Part shown: in pieces, positions 24,020 through 26,252 of the stretch | Layout of the letters: each line of letters opens with the position of its first letter | How positions within the stretch are numbered: the stretch's first letter is position 1 | Virus record (IMG/VR): IMGVR_UViG_3300044624_000767 | Span: 1 to 26,252 of that record | DNA: 26,252 nucleotides | Reading direction: 5' to 3' (one strand) | DNA from: a virus | Taxonomy: Duplodnaviria > Caudoviricetes | Position numbers and translations under genes: made by a program | Notes under the pieces: generated by a model | Told to the model about the DNA's origin: nothing | Seen by the model: the letters and a program-made list of their open reading frames with translations, nothing else | Databases searched by the model: none

Positions 24020-24754
24020 ATGTGCGGACTATTCGCCCTGTTCACCTCGACCCCGGACGCCACCATCTGCCCCCGCTCGGCATGCCGCCTCGCCGCGGCG
24101 CAAGTCTCCCGCGGGCATCACGCGTGGGGCATCGCGTGGCTCGACACCGTCGGCATCATCCGGTCCTACCGCGCGATCGGCCCCGTGACCGACTCGCTCG
24201 AGATCATCGCCGACATCGCCAACGAAGCGACCGCCCTGATCGGGCATACCCGATGGGCGACGCACGGCGCTGCCGATGACCTCGCGTGCGCCCATCCGTT
24301 CACGTGCGGCGGCGGCTTCCTCGCGCACAACGGCATCATCCCGTCGCACGAACGCATCGCTCGCGAGCACGGACTGCTCTGCACGAGCGAGTGCGACTCC
24401 GAAGTCCTCGCTCGACTCGTCGAATATCACGGCGTCACGGGCCCCGCGGGCGCCTTCCGCGCGGCGATCAACACCGTCCCGCACGGCGCGCCGCTCGCGA
24501 CGCTCGCCCTGTTCGGGGGCACCGACCCGCGCATCGTCTACGCCCGACGCGGCAACCCGCTCGCCCGTACGACGATGACGCACGGCAAGGCGACGCTCAC
24601 GCTCCTTGGCTCGCACGTTGCCGCCGCGCCGTCGATCGACGATGACACCGTGACCGTGCGACACCTGTTCCGACGGGGGGCACCGATCACCCTCACGCTC
24701 GACCGTACCGCGCCGACCATGAAGAACGTCCGCGGCTCAACCCTGTTCGCCTGA
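24020..24754 (+). CDS. Class II (Ntn) glutamine amidotransferase
   Basis: MCGLF with catalytic Cys2, RG, GHTRWATHG, HPF, HNG, DSEV. AAGGA RBS. Confidence 0.9.
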   Translation: MCGLFALFTSTPDATICPRSACRLAAAQVSRGHHAWGIAWLDTVGIIRSYRAIGPVTDSLEIIADIANEATALIGHTRWATHGAADDLACAHPFTCGGGFLAHNGIIPSHERIAREHGLLCTSECDSEVLARLVEYHGVTGPAGAFRAAINTVPHGAPLATLALFGGTDPRIVYARRGNPLARTTMTHGKATLTLLGSHVAAAPSIDDDTVTVRHLFRRGAPITLTLDRTAPTMKNVRGSTLFA

Positions 24755-24776
24755 TTCCCAACGAAAGGATCCTCCC

Positions 24777-25082
24777 ATGTTGACCATCGCTACCGCACTC
24801 ACCCGCCTCCCCGCCATCGACCGCATCCCCGCCGCCATCGCGATCTGCCGCGCCGACCCGACCGCGATCGGCGCCGCCTACCCGTCGCTCGAACTGCGCG
24901 TCGCAAGCGCGCGCCTCGGGCATGTCGACCCCGAACGCGAGCACGAATGGGAAGCGGCGGCATGCGAACTCGAACTCGCCTACCAACGGTGGCTCGCCGC
25001 GATGGGCGACGCTACCCTACCGCCGACCATGCAAGCGACGCTCGCGAACCTCGCGACCGTCCTCGCGGAGGGCACCCGATGA
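24777..25082 (+). CDS. Hypothetical protein
   Basis: AAGGA RBS; fills the operon; ATGA coupling to the next gene. Confidence 0.7.
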   Translation: MLTIATALTRLPAIDRIPAAIAICRADPTAIGAAYPSLELRVASARLGHVDPEREHEWEAAACELELAYQRWLAAMGDATLPPTMQATLANLATVLAEGTR

Positions 25083-25528
25083 CCGAAGTCGCACTCAACG
25101 TCCTCCACCAAGTGCGCCCGTGCGGCGACTGCTCTATGTGCTGCAAGTTGATGGAGATCGACCGCGGCGACGGCACGACCAAGCCGCACGGCCAATGGTG
25201 CGAACACGCGCGACTCTCCAAGCGCGACGGCGTCGCGGAGAACCACTGTGCCGCATACGCGACACGATGGAAGCCGTGCCGCGACTTCGTGTGTGCATGG
25301 GCGGGCGGATTGATGCCGCTCGACGCGACGCCGCGCAAGACGCGATGCGTCGTGCGGACGCACGTGATCGAAGGGCAGCAGACCGTGGTCATCAACGAAG
25401 ACGCGCCGCGCGCGGCCGATCATCCCGAGATCAAGGCGGTGATCGGATTCGCGCTCAAGCGCGGATACCCCTGTGTCGTGATCGCGCCCGATGGGCGACG
25501 CCGCCTCGTGCGAAAGGCGAAGCCGTGA
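25079..25528 (+). CDS. CxxCxxCC (YkgJ-like) Zn/Fe-chelating protein
   Basis: CGDCSMCC..C..CAAYATR..CRDFVC. Confidence 0.75.
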   Translation: MTEVALNVLHQVRPCGDCSMCCKLMEIDRGDGTTKPHGQWCEHARLSKRDGVAENHCAAYATRWKPCRDFVCAWAGGLMPLDATPRKTRCVVRTHVIEGQQTVVINEDAPRAADHPEIKAVIGFALKRGYPCVVIAPDGRRRLVRKAKP

Positions 25529-25848
25529 ACCTGCCCGACGACATGCCGCCGGAAATCCGGCAACTCATCGAGATCCTCGTGAACGGGGAATCGGCCGAAG
25601 TCCTCGAAGTGACGGAGGACCTCATGTCCGAACTGCTCCGCGGGGTGAATGACGACCTCTCGCAGCGAGTCTCGCGCGTGTTCGGGAATCGCATCCGGTT
25701 CGACCGCACCGTGAGCGACACCGAATCCGTCACCTCCGTGACGATGAAAGGGTTCGCGATGCCGTTCGTCGCGACGGACGAAACGCTGAATGCCTTCCTC
25801 ATCGGCATGACATCAGCACTACGACTGATGAAGGAAACGGAGGCGTAA
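25525..25848 (+). CDS. Hypothetical protein
   Basis: GTGA coupling (VNLPDDMPPE...); acidic, ~107 aa. Confidence 0.65.
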   Translation: MNLPDDMPPEIRQLIEILVNGESAEVLEVTEDLMSELLRGVNDDLSQRVSRVFGNRIRFDRTVSDTESVTSVTMKGFAMPFVATDETLNAFLIGMTSALRLMKETEA

Positions 25849-25885
25849 GTTGCCAAAGCGTTCCGCATCGCTTACCCTTCCCGCG

Positions 25886-26065
25886 ATGGAAGTCATTACC
25901 ACGGCGGAAGTCGCGAAGATCCTGCGCGTGAGCGCGCAACGTGTTCGGCAGCTCGCCGAGGCACGGGGCATCGCTCCCGCGATGGTCGTCGGGACTGCGA
26001 AGGTGTGGCACCGTCGCGACCTCTCGCGATTCGAGCGCCGACCTCCTGGTCGACCTCGAGCGTGA
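25886..26065 (+). CDS. Small helix-turn-helix DNA-binding protein (Xis/MerR-like)
   Basis: ITTAEVAKILRVSAQRVRQL HTH and an RPPGRPR tail. Alternative TTG start at 25850. Confidence 0.8.
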   Translation: MEVITTAEVAKILRVSAQRVRQLAEARGIAPAMVVGTAKVWHRRDLSRFERRPPGRPRA

Positions 26066-26094
26066 CTGTACAACCGTGGCGGCGTCGTTATACT
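26066..26094 (+). promoter_or_regulatory. Putative promoter 2 (CTGTACAAC-N14-TATACT)
   Basis: Identical 9-mer and identical spacing to promoter 1. Confidence 0.7.
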
Positions 26095-26122
26095 TCGCGC
26101 CGTGCGGACCGGAATCACCAAC

Positions 26123-26177
26123 ACTACGCCCCTCGCCTGCGGGTCCGCACAACCCGGCGAGGGGCGTGGTTCTTCTC
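26123..26177 (+). terminator. Terminator/attenuator-like hairpin in a leader
   Basis: 15-bp stem 26123-26137/26156-26170 (one G-U pair) followed by TCTTCT. Confidence 0.65.
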
Positions 26178-26190
26178 GGAGATGACTGCG

Positions 26191-26252
26191 ATGACGATCA
26201 CGGAACGACAACTCGCCGCGCGCGACTTGGGCCTTGGCTCAAGTGAAATCGC
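26191..26252 (+). CDS. Start of a probable YqaJ/lambda-exonuclease-family recombinase (3'-truncated)
   Basis: GGAG RBS at 26178-26181. MTITERQLAARDLGLGSSEI resembles the YqaJ N-terminal R..G(I/L)G(G/S)S(D/E) motif. Only ~20 codons are visible. Confidence 0.55.
   Translation, partial: MTITERQLAARDLGLGSSEI

Noticed and set aside
421-26211. Many long minus-strand and alternative-frame ORFs (e.g. 671-1798 +, 981-2144 -, 8819-9958 -, 9696-11093 -, 22749-23909 -)
   Set aside because: Arg/Ala/Pro-rich shadows of well-supported + strand genes in GC-rich DNA, with no motifs or RBS.
1-26252. tRNA, rRNA, integrase, att sites or IS elements
   Set aside because: None recognisable, so prophage versus free phage cannot be decided from this window.

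Overview
The whole window is a GC-rich tailed-phage (HK97/lambda-like siphovirus or prophage) segment with every credible gene on the + strand. Positions 1-22468 are the packaging, head, tail and lysis region: two tandem ParB-like genes, a C5 cytosine methyltransferase, terminase small and large subunits, portal, prohead protease, two capsid-fold genes, connectors, two tail-tube-like genes, a frameshifted tail chaperone pair, tape measure, tail-tip genes, a small membrane/lipoprotein cassette and a Cys-rich gene pair. After a structured intergenic region (22469-22814) comes an accessory module: amidoligase plus class II glutamine amidotransferase, a CxxCxxCC protein, an HTH protein and the start of a probable YqaJ-like exonuclease. 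The most unusual element is the ~1217-aa portal. Its HK97-type core is fused to a HipA/PI-kinase-like domain and an R-S-E ADP-ribosyltransferase, each module introduced by a copy of the same 21-aa Cys/Gly motif, and it is followed by a translationally coupled small acidic ORF. This suggests enzyme cargo loaded into the capsid via the portal (inference). Also notable are divergent-then-canonical paralog pairs for both capsid and tail tube, two matching CTGTACAAC-N14-TATA(G/C)T promoter-like motifs, and a pseudoknot/attenuator-like leader RNA. All family calls are from motif recognition by eye; no database search was run.
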